64,000 bases of DNA from Candidatus Cloacimonadales bacterium. Its GTDB lineage: Bacteria > Cloacimonadota > Cloacimonadia > Cloacimonadales > DAONDQ01. The stretch is from the NCBI GenBank assembly GCA_963662275.1, contig OY759316.1, positions 1,792,001 through 1,856,000 on the forward strand, given 5' to 3'. Positions 20,582 to 30,982 of this stretch are shown here, in pieces (positions within the stretch are counted from its first letter, which is position 1; every line of letters starts with the position of its first letter). Under the pieces are notes generated by a model. That model made no database searches. It saw nothing but the letters and a program-made list of their open reading frames with translations, and was not told where the DNA came from. The position numbers were made by a program, and so were the translations under genes.

Positions 20582-20889
20582 GAATTGCAGAGAATATCTA
20601 CCCCTTCCTTCTGATAAGGGTGTCTACGGAGTTAGTTCTGCTCTTCCTTGAAACAGGCTATAACATATGTCTTTCAAAAATAGTCAAAATATAGTCGGAT
20701 TGCTGCCCATTATGAGTCTGAACAACAATGGGTCAACTTCACTTAAAATAACTGGGGTATCCCAGGATTAAGTGAAAAGGAATTGACAATAAATCTGAAT
20801 TGCTAAATCTTAAAAATAATTAATTCATATTCTTAATAGGAATACTTGTATTAGATTAAGTGCAACTTACGTTTGAAAAGGAAGGACAG

Positions 20890-22497
20890 ATGAAGACATG
20901 TATCTTGGTAATTTTATTATCAGGCTTATTAACTGGATTATATGCACAATCACCTGCATGGTTATGGGCAACAGGTGCACAAGGTAGTTCACTTTCTGCG
21001 TCTTCTATAACGGTAGATAATAATGGGAATCAAATCGTTATAGGAAAATTTTCAGATACAGCATGGTTTGGAACAATTCAATTATCAACTATCCAAGAAT
21101 ATGATGTTTTCGTGGCAAAAATAGATACGAATGGAATTTGGCAGTGGGCAGTGAAATGTGGGGGTATTAATATTGATTATGGCTATGATGTTGCTATTGA
21201 TAACAATGGCTTTATTTACATAACCGGAGCCATGGGTGACGATGCTGCTTTCGGTACAATAAATCTGACAAATGGTGGCAATAATGGCTCTGATTGTTTT
21301 GTTGCTAAACTTGATACAAATGGAGCATGGATCTGGGCTGTAAACTCAGGTGGAACTGGTTCTGAAGAAAGCCATTCAATAGTAGTTAATGATAGCGGTA
21401 TATATATTACAGGATATTATGATTTAGATACTTCGATTGGAAGTATAGCCCTTTCTAATAGCGGGTTTGAAGATATCTTTGTGGCTAAACTTGATATCAA
21501 TGGTAATTGGCTTTGGGCAGTAAAAGCTGGTGGAACTTTAGCTGATGAAGGATACTCAATTGCTATCGATAATAATGACAATGTATTCGTGACAGGAGAT
21601 ATTTATGATACTGCTATTTTTGGGACAATTACAGTTACGGGTAACGGTCAAGGTATTTTTGTCGCCAAATTAGATTCCAATGGTAATTGGCTTTGGGCTG
21701 TAAGAACAGGTAATGGTGTGGGATCGTCAAATGTAGTAGATAGTATCGGAAATGTATATATAGCTGGGATATATGCCAACCAATCTGATAATCTTCTTTA
21801 TGTTGCCGGTTTAAATTCAAATGGAGATATAATTTGGGAAAGACAGGTAGGTAATTTTGGTCGTGTGCTTGGACGTTCAATCACCTGTGATAATGATAAC
21901 AAATTATATATTACAGGACGTTTTGAAAGTACAACTAGCTTCGGGTCTATTAGTATAACATCTGCAGGTTCAAATGATATTTTTACAGCAAAAATTGATT
22001 CAAACGGTAATTGGCTTTGGGTAAAAAGTGCTGGTGGAATTGGTTATGAGGAAGGTGCTTCAATGGCAGTTGATAATAATAGATTCTTGTATCTAACTGG
22101 AATTTATACTAGCCCTGCAAGCTTTGGTTCGATAACCTTGGCTTCTGAGGCACGTGGTAGATTATTTGTCGCAAAGTTAGGCAATGTAGTTCCAAATGAA
22201 GACCCAACTTCTTCTACTTCAAACCCAAAATTCCTTAGTAGCTATCCAAATCCTTTTAATCAGAGTACTGTAATTAGCTTCAATCTCAAAGCAGCAAATC
22301 AAACCTTTGTTGATATTTATAACATCAAAGGACAATTAGTCCGAACCCTGGTGAATGAGATGAAAGCAACAGGTTCTCAACAAGTAGTCTGGAATAGCGA
22401 GGATAATCAGGGAAAGCAGGTAAACTCTGGAATATATTTGTGTACGATAAATTCAGGACAATATCATTCATCAAAGAAGTTGATTCTTACGAAGTAG
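20890..22497 (+). CDS. Beta-propeller (SBBP-like) repeat protein with FlgD-Ig/T9SS-like C-terminal domain
   Basis: Repeated D.FVAKLD.NG.W.WAV units; YPNPFN...IYNIKGQLV. Confidence 0.82.
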   Translation: MKTCILVILLSGLLTGLYAQSPAWLWATGAQGSSLSASSITVDNNGNQIVIGKFSDTAWFGTIQLSTIQEYDVFVAKIDTNGIWQWAVKCGGINIDYGYDVAIDNNGFIYITGAMGDDAAFGTINLTNGGNNGSDCFVAKLDTNGAWIWAVNSGGTGSEESHSIVVNDSGIYITGYYDLDTSIGSIALSNSGFEDIFVAKLDINGNWLWAVKAGGTLADEGYSIAIDNNDNVFVTGDIYDTAIFGTITVTGNGQGIFVAKLDSNGNWLWAVRTGNGVGSSNVVDSIGNVYIAGIYANQSDNLLYVAGLNSNGDIIWERQVGNFGRVLGRSITCDNDNKLYITGRFESTTSFGSISITSAGSNDIFTAKIDSNGNWLWVKSAGGIGYEEGASMAVDNNRFLYLTGIYTSPASFGSITLASEARGRLFVAKLGNVVPNEDPTSSTSNPKFLSSYPNPFNQSTVISFNLKAANQTFVDIYNIKGQLVRTLVNEMKATGSQQVVWNSEDNQGKQVNSGIYLCTINSGQYHSSKKLILTK

Positions 22498-22539
22498 CTC
22501 TATAATATGCTAATTATTCAGACTTCCATAGAGAACTTT

Positions 22540-24400
22540 GAGACTGTTCATGAAGTTATTCATAATATTCAATAAGTTAGAAAGTAGCAAGTTGAAAAAA
22601 GTGGTCGAAACGGTCATAATTTAACATACCTTCCAGAATTGACAGATAAGCTCTGCTAAGGACACCAAATCACAAGTTAAGCTTTTTGACTAAAATTGAA
22701 AAACACGCGATTATAAGTAATGTTTCGAAGCCGTTTCTGACTAAATGTGTAGTTAAAATCATATAAAATAGTTCTTTACAAGTTTTTTGCTATAGCTTCA
22801 ATGGCATTTGTTACCTGGTAACAAAAGGGAGGATATTATGACAAAAAAACACTCCAATTCAAGAAGCGGTAAGTGTTAGTCATGAAAGTAACCAATACCA
22901 TGTAAGTATTAACGTACCATTTTCATTCACTTTGCCTGAGACAACATCAAACCACAAGTTCTTAATAGCGTTTCTACGCTTATTAGTAGGAATAGGCGGA
23001 GACAACCTCCTTACACTTCAGCAAATAGCTGATCTGTTTAACTACGCAGACCGCAGGAATGTACATAATTTCTGGCAAGAGTTTGAGCAGCATGGTCATG
23101 ATATCCTGGCATATTTAAGCCGGAAAGTTGACCTGCTGGAGTGTATTCCTCAGATCGAGAATTTTGTTATCAATAACCTGCTTTTACCTTTAAATGTCAT
23201 GTATCAGGAGTTCATCAGCCATCATGATTTTAAAATGTCCTATACCACTTTCTGCAAATATGCTTCTCAGGTCAATTCTCTGTCTGTAGTTAAGCAAGCT
23301 CAGAAGCTTCTTCTGAAAAAGACAGTAGGCGGTGATGCTGTACATCTGCTGAAACTGCTTGCCGGTCAGCAGAATACACCTGTTATCTGTGACAGACTCC
23401 TGGAACAAATGAAGACTGCTAAAGGCAATACATCCCATAGAACCGCCGATGCAAAGCCGTTCCATAGTCTGGAACGCAAGAACCTGTGTCTGCTGGTACA
23501 TTACCTGGTTGGAAGCGGTATGAACTTCGAGACGATAGCTTTGCTGCTCAACACCTGTAAAGCTACAGTCTCAAATCTCTGGCATGAAATCGCTGACCTG
23601 CAGAGCCTGATTCTGAACTCAATCGGTAAGTGGAGCGGAAAGATCAGCATTGATGAGAAATATGTGAAGATCAAAGGTATTCCGTACTATGTCATCAGTA
23701 TTGTTGATTTTGTGACTCACATCCCTCTGTTTTGTGAGTTGTATCCTGACACAAAGAAAGAATCATTCGAAGCATGTTTCAGAACCTTCAGACAGCTCTA
23801 CAGGAAAGATCCAACCCTGATTGTCAGTGATGGCAGTAAATCGTTAGCAGTTGCAAGAAAAACAGTGTTTCCAAAAGTCCATTACCAACTCTGTAAGTTC
23901 CATAAGATACGAAATCTCTTCAAAAGAATCAGTCAATGTCATCTCCCTGAAGACAGGGACAAGTTCTTTAAGAAGAGGATTATGAAAGCTTTCCGAAGAG
24001 AAACGGCGGGCGGAAGGAAAAAGGGTATCGCAAGCCTGACAGCTATTACTCCCCCAACCGCCGCCGAATACATCAAAAGCAATATCATTAGTGATTGGAG
24101 ACACCTCAGCAAAGGTTTGACTTCCAATGTCTCTGAACGCTGGAACCGCAAAATCAAGAAGGTGACATCCGGTAGATTTGGACTAAAATCTGAAGAAACC
24201 ACCCGCAACCTTGTGTTTTCGCTTTGGTTCAAAGAACTGGTCGATAAAGGTCAACCAATCATGCGTCAGGAATCACTTTTAGCAAGTTTAAATATCTCCC
24301 GCATATGTCAAGAAAATGTGGATTGGTCGCACTTAGACCACTTTTTCTCTGTCACTACCAATAAGGCTGCGTAAAATGGAGGTTAATTTTGAACAGTCTC
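22540..24400 (+). mobile_element. IS256/Mutator-like insertion sequence, 1861 bp
   Basis: Inverted ends gagactgttca / tgaacagtctc; 8-bp direct repeat agaacttt at 22532-39 and 24401-08. Confidence 0.85.
22838..24374 (+). CDS. DDE transposase with CxxH motif; probable start 22838 needs a +1 shift in an A7 run
   Basis: IDEKY, VSDGS, QLCKFHKIRN, SNVSER; strong RBS and ATG at 22838; main frame open from 22842. Confidence 0.75.
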
Positions 24401-24564
24401 AGAACTTTTAAAAAAGCGTTCTATTTTTTTACCTTGACATGATAATAGTTTTTTATCGTAGTCTAAATACAATAGAATAGATATTCAATCTTAGCGATGA
24501 TTTAGACTTATACGAAAAAATAACGCTCTATCTTTTAGATAATTATGTTAAATAGGATGGACTT

Positions 24565-24951
24565 ATGGGTAAATTCATTATTTTAGCGTTCTTGGTTATA
24601 ATTACAGTTGGCTGTTCTAAAACAAGCGGTGATGTGAGTAAATATGCAGATGCTACAGAAGCTATCCAAGAGTATGCGCAAAAGCATATGACAGCCGATT
24701 GGTTTTCCGTTTTGGAGCCAGTTGGTCAGTTTGAAGTTACTGGTGTGGAAATAAAAAAAGCTAAGGTTTTAGAGGATGATGATCATTCTGCTGAATTGAC
24801 TGTTATTTTACAAGGTTATTATACTCCTATGGCAAGTACGGATAAAGATGAAACAAAGCAGTTCACACTCAAGAAGAAGTTTAATGTTACCCGTGTGACC
24901 TACGGCAAGGAAGCGAAATATAGTGTGAAGCTTATGCGAAATAATAATTAA
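24565..24951 (+). CDS. Lipoprotein, paralog of 6965-7330
   Basis: Lipobox TVGC; shared DWF...EVT.V...SA..TV.L.G...K.FNVT pattern. Confidence 0.8.
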   Translation: MGKFIILAFLVIITVGCSKTSGDVSKYADATEAIQEYAQKHMTADWFSVLEPVGQFEVTGVEIKKAKVLEDDDHSAELTVILQGYYTPMASTDKDETKQFTLKKKFNVTRVTYGKEAKYSVKLMRNNN

Positions 24952-25043
24952 GAATGAAGCAAACCCAAAAAAATAAAGAAGTAAAAGTCTTGACTGATAA
25001 TCGCATTGATACTTTTGGCTAGCTTAGGAGTTTAAAAGACAAT

Positions 25044-25982
25044 ATGGATAATTTGAATATCAAAAAGAACAGAATTACCGGTAATTACAATATTTCGGCT
25101 GCTCCCGGCTATTTTTGGGGAATTGCTGCATTATTGATTATACTGAGCTGTTGTTTGATATTTAGTCTGATATATATAGGTATTCAGAAAGAACGTAACA
25201 TTAACTTACGAAAGTTACAGGCTGAGAACATCAAATTAAGACGGAAACTTGATCTTTATGCTGTACAAGTAGATTCTATCATGACAATATTAGATAAAAT
25301 TCAGAAGAAAAATGAAAAGAATCAGTCAAGAAGCAAGGAGCAGGCTTTTCTTTATTCTCATCCTGACCTGGATGCAGATACAGTGACTGAAAGTGATTTT
25401 AGTTATGATTCCTATTTGTATGCTCAGAATCATTATGTGAATCAGCGTTTAACCAATGTCCTAGCATATTTACCGCAATTGATGAAACAAAATATGATGG
25501 AAAAGCCTGTCGCTGTAACAGTAGAAGATAAACTCGCTGAGATGCCATCCATTTATCCTGCATTCGGCAGAATGTCAGATTTATGGGGTAGTCGTATTCA
25601 TCCTATTTATCATGAAATGATCTTTCATTATGGATTAGATATCGCTAATAAAATAGGTACACCCATATATGCCACAGGAGCGGGTATCATTGTTTTTAAC
25701 GGTTATGATCAGTATTATGGCAGAATTATTAAGATTGAACATGGGAAAGATTATGAAACACGCTATGCTCATCTTTATCGCAGTACTGTTTTAACAGGTG
25801 ATACCGTGAAGAAAGGTCAGATCATAGGATACATGGGAGATTCAGGTTTATCGACAGGTCCACATCTTCACTATGAGATAATAGCTCACGGAGCGAAGGT
25901 CAATCCATCAGCTTATCTGAACAAATTTACGAATAGTCTGCTAACCAGGCATACTAGTGCGGAAAGTAAGATTATTCGATGA
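25044..25982 (+). CDS. M23 family metallopeptidase
   Basis: N-terminal TM and coiled coil; HYGLDI, YAHL, STGPHLHYE. Confidence 0.9.
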   Translation: MDNLNIKKNRITGNYNISAAPGYFWGIAALLIILSCCLIFSLIYIGIQKERNINLRKLQAENIKLRRKLDLYAVQVDSIMTILDKIQKKNEKNQSRSKEQAFLYSHPDLDADTVTESDFSYDSYLYAQNHYVNQRLTNVLAYLPQLMKQNMMEKPVAVTVEDKLAEMPSIYPAFGRMSDLWGSRIHPIYHEMIFHYGLDIANKIGTPIYATGAGIIVFNGYDQYYGRIIKIEHGKDYETRYAHLYRSTVLTGDTVKKGQIIGYMGDSGLSTGPHLHYEIIAHGAKVNPSAYLNKFTNSLLTRHTSAESKIIR

Positions 25983-26617
25983 AATCCAAAATCGCATATC
26001 TTTTTACACATCCTGCCCCTAACACCATTTATTCAGATTACCGTAAAATTCCTGAAAATGCAACTATCATCGGTGTGGATGGTGGAACAAATATCCTGGA
26101 GAGTTTACAACTTTACCCCGATTTAATTATTGGAGACATGGATTCGATATTACCTGGTGTAATGGCTAAGTATGAATCGAAAGTGAGAATGATTACATAT
26201 CCGATTGCCAAGGATGAAACAGATAGCGAATTAGCTGTCCGCTGGTGTATCGAGAATAAATATGAGGAAATTATCCTGGTTAATACTCTTGACGGTAGAT
26301 TTGACCATGTTATGGGTTTACTTCAAAACATGTATTATGCAAAGAAACATCATATCAAAGTTCGTATTGAATCCCAGTCACAGCAGCTATTCTTCCTGGA
26401 AAAAGATGAAGTAATTTCTACCAAACCTGGGAGGAATATTTCACTATTATCCTATTCTCCGATTGTGACAATGGTGAGAACTAAGGGTTTGGAATACCCT
26501 CTTGATAACGAAAATCTCTACCAATTTGAATCTCGCGGGATCAGTAACATCTGCCAAGAGGAAACAGTTGAAATTCATTACGGTGAAGGTGATTTACTGG
26601 CAATTCTGACTCTCTGA
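25979..26617 (+). CDS. thiN: Thiamine diphosphokinase
   Basis: GVDGG, IGDMDS, KDETDSELA, GRFDH, GLEYPL, RGISN. Confidence 0.9.
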   Translation: MKSKIAYLFTHPAPNTIYSDYRKIPENATIIGVDGGTNILESLQLYPDLIIGDMDSILPGVMAKYESKVRMITYPIAKDETDSELAVRWCIENKYEEIILVNTLDGRFDHVMGLLQNMYYAKKHHIKVRIESQSQQLFFLEKDEVISTKPGRNISLLSYSPIVTMVRTKGLEYPLDNENLYQFESRGISNICQEETVEIHYGEGDLLAILTL

Positions 26618-26684
26618 AGGATCAGTATTTTGATATGGAACTGAACTGAAAATGAATAAAAATTCAATAAATGTGATTTCGGTG

Positions 26685-26712
26685 TTGACAAATTGGAAAT
26701 CATTCCTATAAT
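26685..26712 (+). promoter_or_regulatory. Consensus sigma70 promoter for the xseB-ispA-dut operon
   Basis: TTGACA (26685-90) N16 TATAAT (26707-12). Confidence 0.7.
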
Positions 26713-26809
26713 ACATACAGATGACAAAACATTGCAGTTTGGAAAGAGCCATTTTTCGGTAACATTATCGATTTAATGGTAAAACTTCATAACCTGAACA
26801 AGGAAATTT

Positions 26810-27046
26810 ATGAAAAACGAAGTTGAAAAGAACTTAAAATTTGAAGAAGCCCTTCATAGATTGGAAGAAATAGTGAATCAATTGGAAGATGGTGTGGACG
26901 AATTAGATAAAATTGTAACATTATTTGAAGAGGGCACACAGATGGTTGAATATTGTCAGAAGAAGCTAATTCAAGTGGAAACAAAAATTGAGATATTGAG
27001 TCAAAAACTGAGCCAGGAACCGAAAGATGAGGTAAAGAATGATTAA
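26810..27046 (+). CDS. xseB: Exodeoxyribonuclease VII small subunit
   Basis: FEEALHRLEEIVNQLE...FEEG...CQKKL; precedes ispA. Confidence 0.92.
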   Translation: MKNEVEKNLKFEEALHRLEEIVNQLEDGVDELDKIVTLFEEGTQMVEYCQKKLIQVETKIEILSQKLSQEPKDEVKND

Positions 27047-27929
27047 CAAGATGACACTCAAAAAAGACCTTAAAGAAAAAAGAGAATTAGTCAACATCAC
27101 ACTAGATAGGTTTTTACCTCGTAAGGATGAATATCCCAAGGAAGTTCATAAAGCGATTCGACATAGCCTGTTTGCCGGTGGTAAGAGATTGCGTCCATTC
27201 CTCTGTATCAGAGCCTATTCCCTGTTCAGTGAGAACATTGAAAGAGTACGAAATGTAGCTGCTGCAATCGAGTTATTACATACATATACTTTGATACATG
27301 ATGATTTACCGGAGATTGATGATGATGATTTTCGCCGTGGCAGAAAAGCTTGTCATATTATGTATGGGACTGATATTGCACTCCTGGCTGGTGATGCACT
27401 TCTGGTTTCTGCCTTTGAATTGTTGAGTCATGCACCTCTTGAAGATGAACTGAAACAGCAGATGATTAGGGAAATGGCGATTGAATGTGGTGATCGTGGA
27501 CTTATTGCCGGTCAAATGATGGATATATTGTGTGAGAACAAAGATGTGAATGAAAAGATGCTCAGTTTTATTCATAAGAATAAAACAGGTAAGTTGATCA
27601 ATATGGCTATCCGTTTTGGATGTTTGGCTTCTGGAGCGACAAAATCCGATATTAAACGAATGAATGAGTATGGTACTCGCTTAGGTTTAGCATTTCAAAT
27701 TGTGGATGATCTCCTGGATATTGAAGGTGATGAAGCAACATTGGGAAAAACGATTGGTAAAGATGTAAAAGTTAAAAAAGCTACATATCCTTCAATTTAT
27801 GGAATCGATAAATCCCATGAGATGGCAAAAAAACTCATTGATGAAGCAACGATCCTTCTCAATCATTATGGCGAAAGAGCAGAAGTTCTATTAATGTTAA
27901 CGGATTATATGCTAACACGTCAATTCTGA
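27039..27929 (+). CDS. ispA: Polyprenyl (farnesyl) diphosphate synthase
   Basis: GGKRLRP, LIHDDLP.IDDDDFRRG, FQIVDDLLD. Confidence 0.9.
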   Translation: MINKMTLKKDLKEKRELVNITLDRFLPRKDEYPKEVHKAIRHSLFAGGKRLRPFLCIRAYSLFSENIERVRNVAAAIELLHTYTLIHDDLPEIDDDDFRRGRKACHIMYGTDIALLAGDALLVSAFELLSHAPLEDELKQQMIREMAIECGDRGLIAGQMMDILCENKDVNEKMLSFIHKNKTGKLINMAIRFGCLASGATKSDIKRMNEYGTRLGLAFQIVDDLLDIEGDEATLGKTIGKDVKVKKATYPSIYGIDKSHEMAKKLIDEATILLNHYGERAEVLLMLTDYMLTRQF

Positions 27930-27930
27930 T

Positions 27931-28368
27931 ATGTTGACGATAGATATTCAAAAACTGACTCCTACAGCTCAATTACCCAAGCGAATGACACCTCATTCAG
28001 CAGGATATGATCTATTCGCTGATTCGAGCGAAGAGATTATCATTTCTCCGCATCAAGTTATATTGATCAACACAGGAATTGCTATTAGCCTTCCTGAAGG
28101 TTATGAGGCTCAAATACGTCCCCGCAGCGGATTAGCAATAAATAGCAAAATTGGGATCTTAAATTCACCGGGTACGATAGATGCGGATTACCGTGGTGAA
28201 ATCAAGGTTATCATGTACAACTTTGGAGATACGGATTTCTCCGTCAAACCTTTGATGCGAATAGCACAAATGGTCATTTCAAAGCATGAAATTCTTGAAT
28301 TTCATGTGACAGATGAGCTTGATCATACTGATCGTGGTGCAGGTGGATTTGGACATTCATCATCATAG
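27931..28368 (+). CDS. dut: dUTP diphosphatase
   Basis: AGYDL, RPRSGLA, GTIDADYRGE, RIAQ, RGAGGFGHS. Confidence 0.95.
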   Translation: MLTIDIQKLTPTAQLPKRMTPHSAGYDLFADSSEEIIISPHQVILINTGIAISLPEGYEAQIRPRSGLAINSKIGILNSPGTIDADYRGEIKVIMYNFGDTDFSVKPLMRIAQMVISKHEILEFHVTDELDHTDRGAGGFGHSSS

Positions 28369-28379
28369 AATTAGAAATT

Positions 28380-29033
28380 ATGAATTCTGAACACCTGGTT
28401 CCGATAACTTTACCCGGTTATCCTTTCCGAATCTATCAGACAAAAGCAGGACAAACAGTTACCCAGGACACGCAATTCTTACTTGATACGGTATTAACTC
28501 ATTTTTCAAACCAACCCATCAAAGTACTGGAATTAGGTTCTGGTACTGGTGTTCTTTCAATATTGATGAAATTACAGTGTCCTGATTGGAATATTACGGG
28601 AATTGAAATACAATCTCACTTGGTTGAGCTTTCACTGCTAAATGCAGCATTATGCAATATACATATTAATTTCAGGGAAGGAGATATACGTCAGATTAGT
28701 GCAGATATTCCTATGGAACATTATGATCTGATAGTCAGTAATCCTCCTTATTTTCGAATTGGAGAGTTCAGGCTGAGTTCAAATCAAGAGAAGTCGATTT
28801 CGCGTCATGAACTGCTTTGCACAATGGATGATGTAGTTGAAGCGGTAAGAAAAATGATGAAACGAGATGGTAGGGCATATCTGATCTACCCATTCAATCG
28901 GGTTGAAGAATTGAAGAAGAAAATAAAAAATATTGACCTCCAATTCATCACTGATTTTTCGTTATCAACAATGAACAATAAATATACAGATAAGTCTGTC
29001 ATTGTGGAGTTAGCTCATGCTGATCATCGATAA
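28380..29033 (+). CDS. SAM methyltransferase, tRNA1(Val) A37 N6-methyltransferase-like
   Basis: LELGSGTG, SNPPYF, SRHE motifs. Confidence 0.8.
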   Translation: MNSEHLVPITLPGYPFRIYQTKAGQTVTQDTQFLLDTVLTHFSNQPIKVLELGSGTGVLSILMKLQCPDWNITGIEIQSHLVELSLLNAALCNIHINFREGDIRQISADIPMEHYDLIVSNPPYFRIGEFRLSSNQEKSISRHELLCTMDDVVEAVRKMMKRDGRAYLIYPFNRVEELKKKIKNIDLQFITDFSLSTMNNKYTDKSVIVELAHADHR

Positions 29034-29631
29034 TTATCATTTACGTGCCGGGGAGGATACAATTCTTCATGTATCCTCGATTCATATACAATCAGGGGAA
29101 AAAGCTCTCTTACGGGCAGATAACAGTAAAGGCAAATCATTGCTTCTGAAAGCGATTAAAGAGCACGATCATGACTTTAATGGTGCAATTCAATTACGAG
29201 AACCTCAGGGCAGTAAGCATAAAAACAATACATGTATCCTTTTAGAACTGGCACCTCATCTACTTAAAGAGAATACTGTATGGCAAAACCTGGTCTTACC
29301 TTTTAAAAAGATCTCTGATTTGCAGGAACAGAAACTAATTCATTTTCTAAAGCTTGCAGGAATCGAACAAATTAAAGAAAAGAAAGTTAATACTTGCTCT
29401 TTTGCCCAAATGAAAATGGTAGAATTCGTGAGAGCGATGATCATTGAACCATATCTTTTATTGATTGATGATCTCGATAAATTCTTTGATTTAGCGCATT
29501 ACGAAATTGCTTTAAAGATGATTGAGCATATCAATGCTTCTGGCTGTTCCGTATTTGCTACTTCAGTTCAAGAGATACCCGGATTTTCCACTTGTTACAT
29601 AATCCAGGACAGGGAGCTTGTATCATGCTGA
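29017..29631 (+). CDS. Degenerate ABC ATP-binding protein (FtsE-like)
   Basis: ADNSKGKS, TVWQNL, LLLIDD; signature motif degenerate. Confidence 0.6.
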   Translation: MLIIDNYHLRAGEDTILHVSSIHIQSGEKALLRADNSKGKSLLLKAIKEHDHDFNGAIQLREPQGSKHKNNTCILLELAPHLLKENTVWQNLVLPFKKISDLQEQKLIHFLKLAGIEQIKEKKVNTCSFAQMKMVEFVRAMIIEPYLLLIDDLDKFFDLAHYEIALKMIEHINASGCSVFATSVQEIPGFSTCYIIQDRELVSC

Positions 29632-30404
29632 AAAGCAAAATGATTATATTATTACTCACAACCCTCGTCCTGTTATCAGGATGGGGATTTCTTGAGTATC
29701 TAATTGATTTTCAGGTAAGGAATGTCTACCAGGCTATTTCAAGTTATCCAGTCATACTGTATTCTTATGATATAGGCCTATTGCAGAAAATGCAGCAACA
29801 ACTGGGAAGTCAGAAATATGTCAAGCAGACCCAATTGCAGGTTAGTGATTCAATAGCAGTCGATCTCATCAAAAAATACAATCTTGGTGAAGCTATTGAT
29901 ATTATTGAAAATAACACTCTTCCTAATGTTCTTTTGGTTTATATCCAGGGCAACCGTTTTTCCAATGTGGATAAAAATCTATTGAAAATACAACTCACTC
30001 CCTATAAAGATAGCTTGATGGTTGATTACCAGGAGAGTGTTTGGAATGAATCTCTTTCCCGTTCCCAGAGCTTAAGGCAAATTCATTTACTGGGAAGTAT
30101 CTTATTTGGACTTCTAATGTTCCTGGTCTTTCTGTTAATGCGTTTACACTATGAGAAAGATATGTCAGATTATTGGAAAATATATGCCCATGCCGGTGGT
30201 GATATTCGTTATCAGCATACCCATTTCTGGCAAAATACTCTCGTGATTTGCCTGATACCAACATTCATCAATACTATCGTTTATTATATTTTATCTACAG
30301 GTCATTTGATAAATGCAGTCATTCCGTGGGATTTTTTCCTCTTACAATTGATCATAATCAGCCTCTCTTCCGTGATTGCTAAAGCGATGAAACCAAAAAT
30401 ATGA
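29625..30404 (+). CDS. Membrane protein with FtsX-like topology
   Basis: One N-terminal TM, extracytoplasmic domain (NTLPNVL), three C-terminal TMs. Confidence 0.5.
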   Translation: MLKSKMIILLLTTLVLLSGWGFLEYLIDFQVRNVYQAISSYPVILYSYDIGLLQKMQQQLGSQKYVKQTQLQVSDSIAVDLIKKYNLGEAIDIIENNTLPNVLLVYIQGNRFSNVDKNLLKIQLTPYKDSLMVDYQESVWNESLSRSQSLRQIHLLGSILFGLLMFLVFLLMRLHYEKDMSDYWKIYAHAGGDIRYQHTHFWQNTLVICLIPTFINTIVYYILSTGHLINAVIPWDFFLLQLIIISLSSVIAKAMKPKI

Positions 30405-30982
30405 AAATCAAGAAACATCTTCCCAATCTGATCACGCTATTTCGTATAGTACTGGTACCTGTTTTCGGATACCTGATATTTAATACGAATGTGATTAATG
30501 GTGCTTGGTGGGCTTTAATCGTCTTTATCGTTGCCAGTATCTCAGATTACTTTGATGGAAGTTTGGCACGGAAGTATGGATTAGAATCCAACTTTGGGAA
30601 GATTATGGATCCACTGGCAGATAAACTCCTGGTCCTTGTCGCCGTCATTGCTCTGACAATCGAGCCAATAGCCTGGTTGAATCCAGCTATTTTAATCATT
30701 ATTGCTTGCAGAGAAATCTCAGTTACAATATTACGTGAGTATTATATGAGGAAGAAGATCGTGATTCCTGCCAATATCTGGGGGAAACTAAAGACAGTCT
30801 CGCAGATGATAGGTATCATTATTGCATTACTATATTATGCTCTTGTAGAAGCTCATCCTGACGATAGAATCTTGTTAGGCATCCAGCTTTATTTCTGGTT
30901 AGTAGCTTTTATTACTCTATTATCCGGGATGAATTATTTTATTATTAAACATGAATCTTCAGAGAGAAAGAATGAAAAGTAA
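30401..30982 (+). CDS. pgsA: CDP-diacylglycerol--glycerol-3-phosphate 3-phosphatidyltransferase
   Basis: LPNLITLFRI, DYFDGSLAR...FGKIMDPLADK, GKLKT. Confidence 0.93.
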   Translation: MKIKKHLPNLITLFRIVLVPVFGYLIFNTNVINGAWWALIVFIVASISDYFDGSLARKYGLESNFGKIMDPLADKLLVLVAVIALTIEPIAWLNPAILIIIACREISVTILREYYMRKKIVIPANIWGKLKTVSQMIGIIIALLYYALVEAHPDDRILLGIQLYFWLVAFITLLSGMNYFIIKHESSERKNEK

